Positions 1 to 13,180 of a DNA stretch of 64,000 bases are shown piece by piece. Made by a program: the position numbers and the translations under genes. Location: positions 28,398,001 through 28,462,000 of the forward strand of contig NC_087437.1 of NCBI RefSeq assembly GCF_036321535.1. Direction: 5' to 3'. Position 1 is the stretch's first letter, and each line of letters begins with the position of its first letter. Origin of the DNA: Camelus dromedarius. Its lineage: Eukaryota. The notes under the pieces are model-generated. The model saw only the letters and a list, made by a program, of their open reading frames with translations, had not been told where the DNA came from and searched no databases.

Positions 1-1093
1 AGATTGTGGTTATACATTTTCTGCTAGAATACTATTCTAGAATTCTGTCCACCAACACAGGAAAACAATAAATACATCTGCCTGAATTTTTTTTCCTTAT
101 GAAAAGTGAAAATAAATGGAACTATGGCATATATAGTTGTTGTTGTTTCCTCTCCTGCTGTCACATCTAGAGGCACGTGATACACTGGAGATGATAATTT
201 AGGTCGCCTAGTCAAGGTGTTGCCTAATTTCTCCATTTTATATTAATGGCTTCTCATGGACAATAACTCCTGGGGTTTAGCGTTAACTGATGTTCTTATC
301 GGATGCAGTCCATGCTGTACTGGTTACAAATGACGATTTTCCAACTCCAGCATTCCTTCCTTGCACATTCGTATCAGTCTTGTGCTTTCTAGTATAAGCA
401 AAAAACAAAAAACAAACAAAAAAACCCTCTCTCCTCTCCCATTTATTTAATTATTATGTATCTACCTGTTACTGATATGAGCTCATGAATTTCTGTCTTT
501 CCAATGGTTTATAAATCATTACTGCCTTAATTACTTTGGTGTTCAAATTGTCCACCTTTGAACAATGGAGCTTTTTCTTTCTGACTTCTGATGTCTTTGT
601 AGCATGCCCCATCACATTAGTGAGTACTTTCTTACTTTCTGGAAGAAAAAGATGTTCTAGGGTGATCTGGTTCCCCTCCTGTCTTACCACTGGAATCATT
701 CATTTCTCATTTCTTTTAGTGGAGAATGGTGTTAGAGGTTAAGACCTAGGTGTTAGCATACTCACTGCCACTGGACTGTTTTTCCTCCTTGACTCTTTCA
801 GCAGAACTGTATCAATGTGTATACATGCAGAGAGACGTAAAGACACACATATGCATTCAAAAATGCGTATGCAGGCATACAGAAAAACACACATACACAT
901 ATATGTATGTTTTGGACATCATGCGCCTGCTCAATTCCATAATACATCTAAAACAATTTCTGAATTGCTTTACCCAAACCACTACTATTATAAACAAGCC
1001 TGCTGAAAAAGAGGGCAGAGTGCACCTCTGCCCCCCACACCCATACCCCACCAAATACTGTGTTTGTAAATTACTGGATGAGGAAGTCTTCCT

Positions 1094-1203
1094 CCTTCCT
1101 TCCTTCCTTCCTTCCTTCCTTCCTTCCTTCCTTCCTTCCTTCCGTCCTTCCTTCCTCTCTCTTCTCTCCCTTCATCCCTCACTCTCTCTTCTTTCTTCTT
1201 TCC
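1094..1203. repeat. (CCTT)n tetranucleotide microsatellite grading into a pyrimidine-rich tract
   Basis: Visible tandem CCTT run to ~1155, then CT-rich sequence. Confidence 0.97.
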
Positions 1204-1984
1204 ATTCAGGAACATCATAATATTCATTTAAAATACAATTATGTTCATTTACTTCAGTTTGTTTTCAGTTTTAAGATTTTTTTCCCTTTGCATTCTTACT
1301 GCTTTAATTTTTTTTTTAATGATTTTTTTTTTAAGCCATAGAGATGAAATGCTACTGGGGTCATTTCTGTTAAACAAATCTGATACAACCTAATTCAAAT
1401 GTTATGATACAATTCAGAAATACCTATTTGTGTTATTGGTTGGAACTTTATCTTTATATTTCAATTCTATGCAATCTACACTTAGTCTAAAGTCAGTTAT
1501 TCCCTTGGGTATTCCAAAAAGTGACAGTTTCAGATAAGAAAGTGGATATCTGTGCCAAGCTTATAAGTTTATTATTCCAGAGGCTTTTAAAAGTTAATTG
1601 TGCGTATATCATTACCCTTACCAAAAAAAATATTAGATAAGGAAAGTAAGATAAGAAGCAACTATGAATTTGTGTAGTCCATAAACACTGGAAAAAATTC
1701 TCACCCTTCTGTATAAGTGATTCAAAAATGTTCCTGCCCCAGCCCTCCCCCATATTCTACTTCAGCACTCATGACTATGAATACATCCTAATATTTGTGG
1801 TAGCAAGAGAAAGTATGTTGATGTCAAAAGATTCATTTTCAATTTCAATTCTGTCACTTACTGACTGGGGATCTTAGATAAGTTACTTGTCTTCCCTCTC
1901 CATGTTTCTGGTACCATACCTTTAAATTTTAAAAAAATCCATACCTCCTTAACTTTCTGCCAACTTCTGGATTCATACCTCAAA

Positions 1985-2845
1985 ATGAATATTAAACCTC
2001 AGATATGATCAAGAATGTCAAATAAATGTCCAAAATAAAACTCCTCATTGCCTACCCTTCGCTGCTCCATCCTGTCTTCTTTGGTCAGTAAATGGCATCA
2101 TCTTATAGTTAAGTTATCTAGGTCCCAACCATACATCCCAACACTGACTAGGCTCAGCCCTTCCACCATCTTGAGCACGGTGTGAGACACTGTTACCCTT
2201 GTTGAAGGCATCTCTGTTCTTGTTGTGTCCTCCTAAAAATTATCTCTTTTTCTACTCTTGCATCCTTGCCAACATGACTTTTCAAAATACAAATCAAATC
2301 ACGTGACTCACTGCACAAAATTCTTCAGTGGCTTCCTATTTTAATTGGGAGAAAATCAAGCTCCTCACTAGAGCTTCTATGTCTCGGCTTCCACCTACAT
2401 CTCCTCTTCATCTCCTACTTCTCATCCCTTCATTCACTATGCTCTGGCTCTATTCTTCATTTTGCTTTTAGGGTATCTTAACCTCATTCCTAATTCAGGG
2501 ACCTTGTACATTGCACAGGGACTTCCCACCTATATTACTGTGGCACAGTCCTTCTCTATTCAGATCTATGCTCAGATGTTCATCCAAAGGGATGTCTTCC
2601 ATGACCAACCACATATTTTATTATGTCCCTAACCCAGTCACTCTCTATCCTTTTTACCTTGTTTAAATTTTCTTGACAGCACTTAAATTTTTATCTCTAT
2701 TTCTTTATTCAATTATTTCTGTTGTCTGTTCCTCCCACTAGAATGTAAGTTCCATGAGGGCAGGGATTTTGTTTGTTTTGTTCATGCTATATTCTCAGTA
2801 GCGACAACCCTGCATGGAACATAGTAGGTACTCAGATAAATGATG
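1985..2845 (+). mobile_element. L2 LINE relic, 3' portion (L2a-like)
   Basis: Ends in CCCACTAGAATGTAAGTTCCATGAGGGCAGGGA...CATAGTAGGTACTCA, the typical L2 3' terminus. Confidence 0.85.
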
Positions 2846-3589
2846 ATTAAGCCAAAAGGCCTCAGCATTTCTAAGCCTCATGTACAAATAAAACAGGCGT
2901 AATAAAAATACCAGCAACCTCCTAGGGTTGTCTGGGGGAGGCCATGTTATGGTGGTGCTCTAAACAGGCATGCGGTCGTCAGGTGGGGATACTTCTGTTA
3001 CCGCTGAGTGAAAGGAACTGAAACGAAAAAGTGGCCCCCGGAGACAACAAACAGACCAAGAAGTTCTCTTTTTTTTTTTTTTTTTTTCTGTGTTGGCTCT
3101 TTTCCACTGAGCTAAAAGGAGATGAGTTCATAGCAGCTGCCGCTAACCTCTTAGTGTCCGGAGGGGCAAGCACTGTGCATTGCTGCCCCACTGCTTTTGC
3201 ACTTGTTCTGCCCCTGCCCTCACCACCAAAAAAACATGCTCCTGCTCTTCTTTGCCAGCTAGGATTCATTGCTTTCTTCAAGCCAGATGGAAGAGCAATC
3301 TCCTTCCAGAATCCTTTCTTGATGAACCATCTGTCTGTGCTGCCCTCATGGCTATGCATATAGTTCACATATTGTTTTGGAATTATTTCCTGGTTCTACT
3401 TTTAGTCTTGAAGGGGATTATAAAGCCAGTCTAGGAAAACTGTTTGTGGAGGGTTTTGGTGCATGAGAAATGTCACGTTTAAGGTTATAAATATGTAACT
3501 TGGTTCTTGGGATTATTAGGCCCCAAATAGTAACGGGGATGATGATGATAATGGTCGTTCTATTATTTACATTTTAGCACCGTTTTTTA

Positions 3590-3900
3590 GTACCATTGTG
3601 TATCACTTTTTAATACTATTTTCAGTACCATTTAAAAAACATTATCATAGGGTAGAGGGTATAGCTCAGTGGTAGAGTGCATGAGGTCCTGGGTTCAATT
3701 CTCAGTACCTCCATTAAAAAAAATGTTATTGTATGTCAGGTGCTTCGCATAAGTAACTAATTTAATACCCTTACCAACTCTGTTAAGTAAGTACTATTAT
3801 TCTGAATTTACAGATTTAAGAAAAAAGAGGTTCAGAGATAGGTCGCTCGATAATGGTCACAAACTGACCTTGGTGTGTCTTTCTCCAAGCTGGGTCTTCA
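3590..3900 (-). mobile_element. MIR relic interrupted by the tRNA-SINE
   Basis: MIR-core-like AACTCTGTTAAGTAAGTACTATTATT...TTTACAGAT...GAGGTTCAGAGA. Confidence 0.6.
3650..3723 (+). mobile_element. tRNA-derived SINE, Vic-1-like (camelid), internally deleted, with A tail and 16-bp TSD
   Basis: GGGTAGAGGGTATAGCTCAGTGGTAGAGTGCATGAGGTCCTGGGTTCAATTCTCAGTACCTCCATTAAAAAAAA with pol III A box (TAGCTCAGTGG) and B box (GGTTCAATTC); flanking direct repeats 3634-3649 and 3718-3733. Confidence 0.85.
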
Positions 3901-4419
3901 TCATGTAATTATAATGCCTCTACTCCTTCTTTTTTAAGAAGTAAGGTAGACAAAGCTGTGGTTTAGATATTGTTAAAAGTTTATAGATTGTGTGGTACAG
4001 CCCCTGCCTCAGAAATCTAACAGTCTAGGAGGACGAATAGTAAAAGAAGTGGATTTTGAGACACAGTATGAAAAACATAAGGGGTCACTTGAGACATCAA
4101 AATAATTGAAAGTTATACTTCTGGGTGCAGTGACGGCACAAGGCTCCCTGAAGGAAGTAGCTTTAAAGTTGAACCAACCATCAAAATTTTATCTTTGGTA
4201 GAAAAGAGGTAATAATTTTGTCGGAAAATTTTCAAAGAAATTTCAACAATGTTAATATTATGTGCATTTAATATTGAGTCACTTTTTTTTTCTATTCTAC
4301 CGTCCTGCCATAGGAGGTATTTGGTGACCCTGACTTTGTGGTTCTTCTCAGGAAGTGGGTTATATGAAAGGAGGATTTTAATTCTTGTGAAAAGACACTT
4401 TTTATTTTGAAGGGTGTCT

Positions 4420-4860
4420 ATTCATATATTCATATATCCAGCCTTGTGCATTGAGCACTGTTCTAGATGCTGGGGAAACAGTGATACACAAGACCAAGTT
4501 TCTACCCTCAAGAAGCTGAACTTCAGTCTAGTTGGGATTAACAATGAGCAAACCAGTAAACAAATAAATCCTTAAAAGGGAATTTCAGATGCTCATTCAA
4601 CATGAAGAAAACTCAGCAAACTAAAAGGACGAGAGACAACTGGCTTCCGGAGGTGGCCTCTCTGAAATGGTAATACTTAAGCTAAGACCTGAATGCTGAG
4701 AAAGCTGAGTGCCCTGTGGAGGACTCTGGGGAGAGTGGCCCAGGGAGAGTGATGGGCAAGTGCAAAGGCAGGAGTGAGCTTGGCATATCTGAGATGCAGA
4801 AAGGAGGGGTCCAGAGGGAAGTGGGAGATGAAGCTAAGACTGTTCACCTAGGTTGTAGGC
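4420..4860 (-). mobile_element. L2 relic
   Basis: GCACTGTTCTAGATGCTGGGGAAACAGTG...CCCTCAAGAAGCT is the reverse complement of the L2 3' end. Confidence 0.7.
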
Positions 4861-7800
4861 CAAGGAAAGGAGCTGTGCATTGTGAGCAAACATCTGCAAG
4901 GATGTGCACACGTGTGGACGGGGTAGAGGAGTCAATGAATGAGCCATTCATTATCTGTGTTTAACGCAGACCAGGAAAAACTGCTGTTTGAAGGGAAGCA
5001 GGAATTACCACATAGGTCAAAAACTTTCTTAGGAGACAATTTATTATATATAGATAAATTTCGGATAAGCTCAGTTTACCTTCAGAGGTTAAATACATTT
5101 TCTTGCCTTTTCATTTCCATTATAGGTGTGAGTTTGAAAAAAGTGAAAAGGGCTCAAGTATTATTTAAATCTGTCAACTTAAGATTTTTCAGCAAAATTG
5201 CTGTGGACTAATTGACCCCAATCATAGCCATTGAAAACAGGTTCACCAATGTCTGGTAATGGGGTCATCAGGCAGCTTCATCTCTGCATGGAGACGAGGT
5301 AGAAAAGACTGGAGAAAAGGCTGTTCTCTAGTCTCTGGGGACAACAGATGCTCCTTTGTTTATTCTTCCTAAATCCCAGTGCCAATGATGATAGGGACCC
5401 TTGCAACATCAACCTGTTCCTTTTGTAAGTAGCAGTAACTTACTCTGCATTTTCCATGGTAATTATAAATTTCCTCTGATTTATTTTTATTATCCCAAGA
5501 GATCTAAAAGACCCAATTATTACATTTTAAATCCTAGAGTTAGTGGGACACAATTTTTTGAGGGAATTGGGAGGTTCAGTGTGATTTGGGAAGGGAATAT
5601 AAACTAGTTTACTGAAAAGAACATTTTTTTTAATGGAGTAAACACTTAATATCTGAGAACAAATGACCTCCCTCTATACTTATGAAGTTAACTACAACTA
5701 GTATGATTTCTTCTATTTTTGGTTTGCCTTAAGAGCTGACAAAGAAGACCTTGGACTGAGTGTGGCTAGAAGGATGACAATGGGCAGGGTGGAGAGGAAC
5801 ACAACTGTCATTTCCCCAAGGCAGGAAGACAAGATATTGTAGGGGTCAGGAGCTAACTTCTGAGTGCCCCTGACAACACCTACATAGAAGAACTTTTACT
5901 AGTATTGGGAAGTGTGGAGGGGTGCAAACAACTTATGTGCTACTCAAGTGATGCATTCCATCCTTTCCCCCTATGTGGGTGTGATGACTCACCATATATC
6001 GGGTTAGTGCAAAGTGTGAGATGGTGTGTGGTTTCCAAGTGCATGTGTGTGAGAGAGTAAGTGTATGAGTATCTGCAGTGTGTGAATATGAGAGACCACT
6101 CTTGAAACATGAAGACTTGCTGACTTGCTGCTTACTACAGCTGAGCAGCTTAACCACGAAGCAAATCTACTGAAAGTATGTGAGTACTTGGTTTTCTGCA
6201 ATAAGCGTAGTATACATTTGTTCACATGAAGTGGATTCAGGAAGGGAACAAAAAAAGTGCACGGACTTGGGCTGTGTTAACTTGGGGCTCATGGTTCTCC
6301 AGAAATGGATGCTAAGGATGCCTTCTCCAGAGCCAAGTGGTCTCTCCTCCTGCCTTATTTGGCTTTGTTTTTCTGGTGGTGACCCATCATGTTGGAAAAG
6401 AATCTCTGTCAAAAGTGCATGATGGTGTCATCATTCTCGTGGCCTGAGCCTTTGTTACTAAATAGTACTTAGCAACACATCGTCATTCGTTTCTCCTCTT
6501 AGAGCTCTGAGCATGTTTGTTCTGATGAAGTTGAGAGATACACTTTTGTCAGAGAGGTAGGAATAAAATCTGAAAAAAAAGGGAAGCTATGTCTGAAAGG
6601 ATCTCGACTTGTGTTACTTAGAAGAAGCAAGTAGACAACTAGACTTTTATCCTGTGGCAACAGCTTTGACTGGGTTACAAAAAAAAAAATCATAATAACT
6701 TCACATATGGCTCCAAAGGAAGTGGTTTCCATGCAACTGTGCATCATAAACTCTTCTTTAAAGTGGTAGATGCCTTTTGCTTGGCTTGGCTTGGCTTGTC
6801 CTTCTTATGTTTTCCCTTGTAAAATGGGTGAGGAAAGTTGGACAAAAGAAAGCTGTGCACTGCCCAGTTAAGGGAGATGTCTCTAAAGGGCCTGTGTATC
6901 ATTCCAGGGCACGTCTGGGACTCCTTTTTAGTTACTTCCTACCTGTCCATTCAAAAAAACTGTGAGAAGACCTGTCTTTTCATCTTGTAAAAAATAGCTG
7001 TAAATTTCTTTAAGTTGCAACTGATTTTAATCCTTATATTTCAAAAAGAAGTTTAACATGAGCTTATTTTTTTTAATATTCTAGATTTAAAAATTTGTAA
7101 TTACCATCCATTTAAAATGATAACAATAGCTATATTTTATGAAAGGCCTAACCTACATTAGGTTAATTCTCATGAATTCGTTCATCAGCACAATTTTGTG
7201 AGGTAGACATTTTAAGTTCACAGGAACTGAGACCTGGAGAAACTGTCCAAATTCTCATGCCTAATAACAGGCTCCAAAAACTGTCTTTTATTTCATGGAA
7301 GCCAAGGCCATGGGCAGAGCAGCAGCCTTTGAAAAACTTATCCCCCTGTTTTTAACCTGATTCTCTTACAGAGTGTGGTGCACACACTGGTCATTGCACG
7401 AGGTTGGCTGGGGGAGATGGGGACCCAACAACACAGGCAGAAGGGCAAGGTGGCAGCAAGCCATGACTCTCGCCAATGAAAAACTGGCCCATGTGTCATA
7501 TTTGGCATGTGTATACCTGTTGCCAATAACCCCAAAGTTGACAGTGTTTTCCCTTTAGTCACCTGGTAAGTTAGTCATAAATGAAATAGATTTACTTCAG
7601 TTGTCTTCTTTCATTGTGGTAAGAAAGACATCCAAAGTTGTGCCAAGTATTATCCATGTACTACTTTCTCCTGGCTGCCTCAGATAAATTGGATATTTGG
7701 TGCCAAACATGCCCTTTTCCACAAGTTCAAGTCAAATCTAACAGAGTTAACACTTCCCAGGGCCCCTGTAGATTGTCAGTATTTAGGGACCCTGACAAAC

Positions 7801-9963
7801 TATTTACAGCTTTTTCCAAGACAGACTTACCAGTACATTGTAAGAATAAACAGACTTCAAAGTCCTCACAAGGAGAAAAACTGTTCTGGCTAAGGCTGTA
7901 ATTTAGAGTATCTTTAGAGAAGAAAGACTCTGTGAAAAGAGAGGCCCAGAGTGGCCAGCCTCTTTTATACAGCTACCTTTTTCTTTACTTAATTGCAAAG
8001 ACTAATGACAGGTAGAAAAGTGCTTTCACAGGAGCGTGGGCGTCTTGAAGCTGTAGAAGGAAGTTACACTGTGCATGGGAGTAAGCGTGTGGGTAGGAGT
8101 TACACACACTGCTCTGTTGCTGGAGTAGAATAATCATGCATAAACATCTTTACAGTGGCACCTGAACAGAATTAATAAACTCCTATTAAAGGCACTGGAT
8201 ACAATATTTAAAATAAGCACATGTTACCTTTTATATCCAGGAATATAAAAAACATTTCTTTTTTTTTTTAACATCAGGAACAAGGATTTAAAAAAGAGCC
8301 TGTAACTTTGACAAAACAAAAGATAATACAAGCGGATTTTCATATATTAATTCAAAAGCTGACATGCTATGCTCTCTGAAAGTGTGAGAGAGAAGCTGGC
8401 TTTGTCTGTAGGTGGCATAGCCTTAAACGGTTAAACTCAGGAAATGAATGAAAGTAAACAGCAAAACACAACAAGGTCAGAGCAGTACTGATCAGTCACA
8501 GATTTCTTCGAACCTTGCCCTCGGGGGCGGTGTGGTGAACACCCTGCACCTTAACAGAAATAACGTCACTGTTTCATGCAACTAGTAATGGGATTCTGTC
8601 TTACAAATGAGGAATTCAGGCGGCACAGATGTGTAGTCCAAGCACTGTGGTGGCTCCTCACTGGGCTATAATTCTAGATGTTTGAATTCAATGAAATAAA
8701 GAAGAGATCATAAAAATAATGACAACTGCCTATCTTTTGAATTTAGATCCACCTGTTCACACCCTTCTTCTCTTTCACTTCACTTTGCAAATTTATATTG
8801 TTAACTGATAATGATTACCTAATATTTCGTATCTGTTGTCCCTGTTGGACTGTATGTTTCAAGAGGCATGGGGTCTTGCCTTGCTCACCCTGTAGCCTCA
8901 GATTCCAGGAAAGGCCAGGATTGTGCCAGGTGCTCAGTGACTATTTGTGGGCCAGACAGGCAATTTGATAGCAAAAAAGATATACACTGAAAATGCAGCA
9001 GTTACCAGTGGGCTGGTGGCCTACCGCCAGAAAAGTTTGAAAAGGGAAAAGAATGTTTGAAATTGTCTAAAAATAACATTAATTACTTAGAAGACTAGAC
9101 AGGATCGGGTTTTGTCAGCAGTGACTCATTGCTAAGCCTGTGGCTGAAATACGGGCATTCGAGTCCATCCAGGTGTGGCCAGGAAATCCATGTGGGCTGA
9201 CGGCACATTCACAAAGAAAGTAAATTAAGACTTCTAACATTACCTGCAAATGATATTCAAATGAGAAATGTCCTATTAATTTATTTGTATTTATAGTTTA
9301 ACTATGTTAGTTTTGTTGAATGAATTCATAAAATAGACTAAAATTTGCCACTTTTTATTTCTGAAAAATCATACATATACATGTGTATGCATATATATGC
9401 ATGTACATGGAAGCATATATTCTAGAATATATATATACTTTCTGTAGTCTGATAGAAACAAATCCAACAGGAAGTCGCCCAGAATACTCAGAGGCCCTTA
9501 TGTCATTCTCAAGAGGTGCTCATGATTACAATTTCTTAGAAAGAGACAGGATACAAAACTCTAAGCAAACAGCAACCTAAACATTATAGAACATGTAGGA
9601 TTATCCTCTGTATGGGCTTCATTGTTTCTCTAGCTAGTTTTTAAGCCCACAGGCCACTGATGCATACCTGGTATGAAGTGACACACATTTTGGTTGCCTA
9701 AGAAGCTCCATGCCCAGCCAGGTGCATGACAGAAGTGTCATGTCATCTTGCCTCCCACAACTAGTCCAACTCCCACATTTCTAGATGCACGTGGGCACCA
9801 TGTTACCCAAACCTAACTCTGTTTGAGACGGTTTCCTGCAGAGCACACTGTTTCTGTTGAGCCAAATAGACTTTACTTGCCAAAGGGAGGAAACAGAGCA
9901 GGTCAGTACATTGCCCCTGATTCTGAGTAATTTCATTTCATAAACTATAACTCAGCTCTAGGA

Positions 9964-10112
9964 AACCTTGGCTGCACATCGGAATCATCTGAGGAACTTA
10001 AAAAAATATTGATGCTTGGGTGCCACACCCAGAAATTCTGATTTGATTGCAACCCAGAAATAGGTGGTTGCACTCTATTGATCCAAAATGCAGCCAAAAT
10101 CAAGAACCACTG
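9964..10112. mobile_element. MER5A1-like hAT-Charlie non-autonomous DNA transposon
   Basis: AACCTTGGCTGCACATCGGAATCATCTG...ATGCAGCCAAAATCAAGAACCACTG: internal inverted symmetry and MER5-type terminus. Confidence 0.8.
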
Positions 10113-12029
10113 CCCTAGTTTCAGTCCCCTCATTTCTAGGATGGGGTCATAAATACCATCTCACGTGTCTCTTGTGAGGGGTCAAAGAGATAACATACAT
10201 AATTAGGGTCCCTAACATTTTTTTAATTCACCAGTTTTCCATCTTCCTTTATTTCAGCAGGGGAAATAGAAAGGAAAGGCTGTGGGGGTGGGGAGTCCGG
10301 GAAAGTGAGGAGGAGGGAGGCCTCCAAGTTCTGCCTAATTAGCAGTTCATTAGGGGTAACAAGTTCTCCTTTTGTCAAAGCAAACACTTCTGAAGGATTA
10401 AGCCTCATTCTCGCCTTAGTGTGAATGACTTTAATCAGATAATCGCCCATCACCTAACTGGGGATTTGGTATTGATGATCTGAGGGAAGTGAGGAGAGAG
10501 AGAGTTGCAGGGCCTGCCTGGGTTTCACTGAGGGCAGGGGAGGAAGCCTGACTGTCTGGAGCCCCAGGGTCAGGGAACTCAACTTGACCCTCAGTAGGCT
10601 TTCTGTAATGGCAGCATGAAAAATAAGAAAAACAAACTTTCTCCTCATGTTGCTAGGGCAATGATTTGCTAAAATTGTTCGCATGAACAAGTCCCTTGTC
10701 TGTCTAATAGCCCTTCGTGACTTTTCTTTGCCTGTCCTTGTGCCATCAAGCACTTCACAAACACATGCCAGGTAATTTTACCATTTGTCAGCTGCTTGGG
10801 AGTCTGAGGAGCAAGGCCTGACCCAGCCCTGTCCTCCTTGCCATCTGCATGGCACATGGGTTTGTTGAATTTAATTGAATTGTTTCACTTGATACACTCT
10901 TTTCCAAATGCTTGAGTTTTTTTCCCCTACATGTATCCCCTCCACTCCCCACCCTCTGACTGGACTAGATTCTGGGCACCTGAAGAAGTCTTAATGATCT
11001 CTGTATCCCCAGCGCCAAGTGCCACTCTTGCTACTTTGTCAGTGAGCAATAAGTATTTGTTAAATGAATCAAGGAGCAATGGGTGGCACCTGATGCCTCC
11101 ATGAAGCCATAAGAATTAATTGACAACTGTACCACTTGGTTCCCACCATCGTGGACAAGGCAAAAAGGGAAGACAAGAAAAGAGATGTGTATCTGAGTCT
11201 CCCACCATTTACTCATGTGACAAAAGTTCTTCTTATTCAGAGGTGCCCTTAGGACATCTCTGGAGATACGGTCTGAAGGTAATTTCTGGAAAAACAAAGG
11301 TAAGAAGGAGTAAGAGGTGCTGACAGAAGATCCAGAGATAGAGAATCTACACGATGGAACGAAAAGAGGGAAGCATGTGGAGTGTCATAGAAGCCAAAAG
11401 ACAGGAACTCCAGAAGTGAATGATAGATAGATACAGCAGACACTTAGGGAAAGAAGAATCAACCTTGCTATTGGCATTTTCAAAAATTTGTTTGCATTTA
11501 GAAACAAACAAAGCAATGGCCACATTTTCCAGATGCTTTTATTCTAATGGAACAGTGTTAGTATGTCAACACCTTTGATTACAATCCACAAGATAGTTAC
11601 ACTTGGCATTTACACTGTTAGATCTATTAGGCACTATTTTTAAAAGCTTGCAAGGGGATTCTTGGCTAAACCACAACACATCATTTTAAGAGACAGTAGA
11701 CAGAATTAGACAATATTACATGGAATTATATATTATAAGGTAATATAAGAAATATGTCCACTTTGACTTTCTGGCTACCTGTTTCATATTTATTTTTGTA
11801 ACTTTTTTATTTATGAAAAAAGCCATTATTGTTTATTTTCTTTTCCTAGTGATAGTCTGTACTAGAAGACATGTGTATACCCCAGATTGAATGTCTAGGA
11901 ATATATTGCACATTAGACACATGAATTCGGGATCTGGGAGGTAGGCTCGCAAACACTACACCAAGGGGCAGGAGGCTCAAGGGTCTGTTCTCCAGCCTTT
12001 GTTACCTTATGTGATAAATGTGGTGTATA

Positions 12030-12290
12030 ATGAATATGAATGACATGGGAGATGTCATTTGTTTTATAAAGTTATGAAATGAAGTGGGAAAAAACCAGTA
12101 CAAAATTGCATATGTAGTATCGTACCAACTGTGTAAAAAACATATTGAGAAAAGCCTGGAAGGAAATAGACTGTAATATTACCAGTGACTATCCGTGGGA
12201 ACTGGAAGCGCTGCTAATTTTTTTCTAAAAATATTCTATCTTCAGTAGTTTTGAATCTCCTATACTATGTTGACTTTAAGGAGGAAAAAA
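12030..12290 (+). mobile_element. Ancient L1 (L1ME/L1MC-like) 3' fragment
   Basis: AAAAGCCTGGAAGGAAATAGAC...ACCAGTGACTATC motif typical of old L1 3'UTRs. Confidence 0.6.
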
Positions 12291-12719
12291 TCTCTCTCTC
12301 TCTTTCACACGGGCTCACACACACAACTCAGCTCTCTCAAGGCCGCTTTAGGCTTCCTCTTCAGCTCTGAGATGGAAGATTCTAATGTTGACTGTATTTC
12401 CCGGGGCCCTCCACCAAGTCGCTTCCTCCTGTCGGGCCTCCAGCCATTTGCCGCCCTCGCCCCCGCCAGGGCCTGCTCTTTCAGTTTGCGCTCATCCTCA
12501 GCAGTGGTGCATTTCCTGTTCTGAGGGTAACATCAGCCTCCTCCACGCAGCAGCAGTCAAGTGGAAGCTAGTTACCACTGAAAAGCAGAGCTGGGTCTTG
12601 TGCCAACTACACCCCCACCCGCATCTCTAATATAACCAAACGCGTCAGTGGGAACCACTGACCAAAAGAATGATTGTAGCTTTGCCTGTTGAGTGTGATT
12701 AATGTAAGATCCTCAATCC

Positions 12720-13180
12720 TCTCACTGGACTGTAAGCTCCCTGAGGTTAGGTATTCCATTAGTTTTTATTTACCACCGGAGCTTCCAGCCCTAGCATGAG
12801 CTCAGGTTTCAAGACTCTAGATCTGCAGTTTCCACTGCTTTGAATGATTTTTCCCCAGATATTTCTCCCTTCCTTGAGGACTCTGCTGACCTCTGACCAT
12901 CTCAGTCCTTGACCATCCTGTTTAACACACACCCTCCCTGCCTCATCCCCTCATCCTGATTTCTTTTTCTTCATAGTGTCTACCTCCATCTGAAATTGCC
13001 TCAGATGTTTATCTTTTTCTTTGTATTTGTTCTTTACTTGTTTAGTGTCTGTCTCTCCCTAGCAGACTGTAAACTCCTTGAAGGAAGTGACTGGGCTGTG
13101 TTGTCCATTTCTGTAACCATAATACCTAGAACAGGTCTTAGCGTGATGGATGCCCCATGAACATGTGTGAAATGGAAGCA
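12720..13180 (+). mobile_element. Two L2 3' fragments
   Basis: CACTGGACTGTAAGCTCCCTGAGG (12723) and CAGACTGTAAACTCCTTGAAGG (13063). Confidence 0.7.

Noticed and set aside
750..1341. ORFs of 79-156 aa with FLPS/GRKE repeats
   Set aside because: Artefacts of the (CCTT)n microsatellite; no recognisable domain.
3650..3713. tRNA gene
   Set aside because: Has A and B boxes but no anticodon arm, and carries an A tail and TSD; it is a SINE.
8515..8535. CTCF-like GCCCTCGGGGGCGGTG (also AAACCAGGTGGCAG near 26530)
   Set aside because: Mismatches at key core positions; cannot be supported without a PWM scan or ChIP data.
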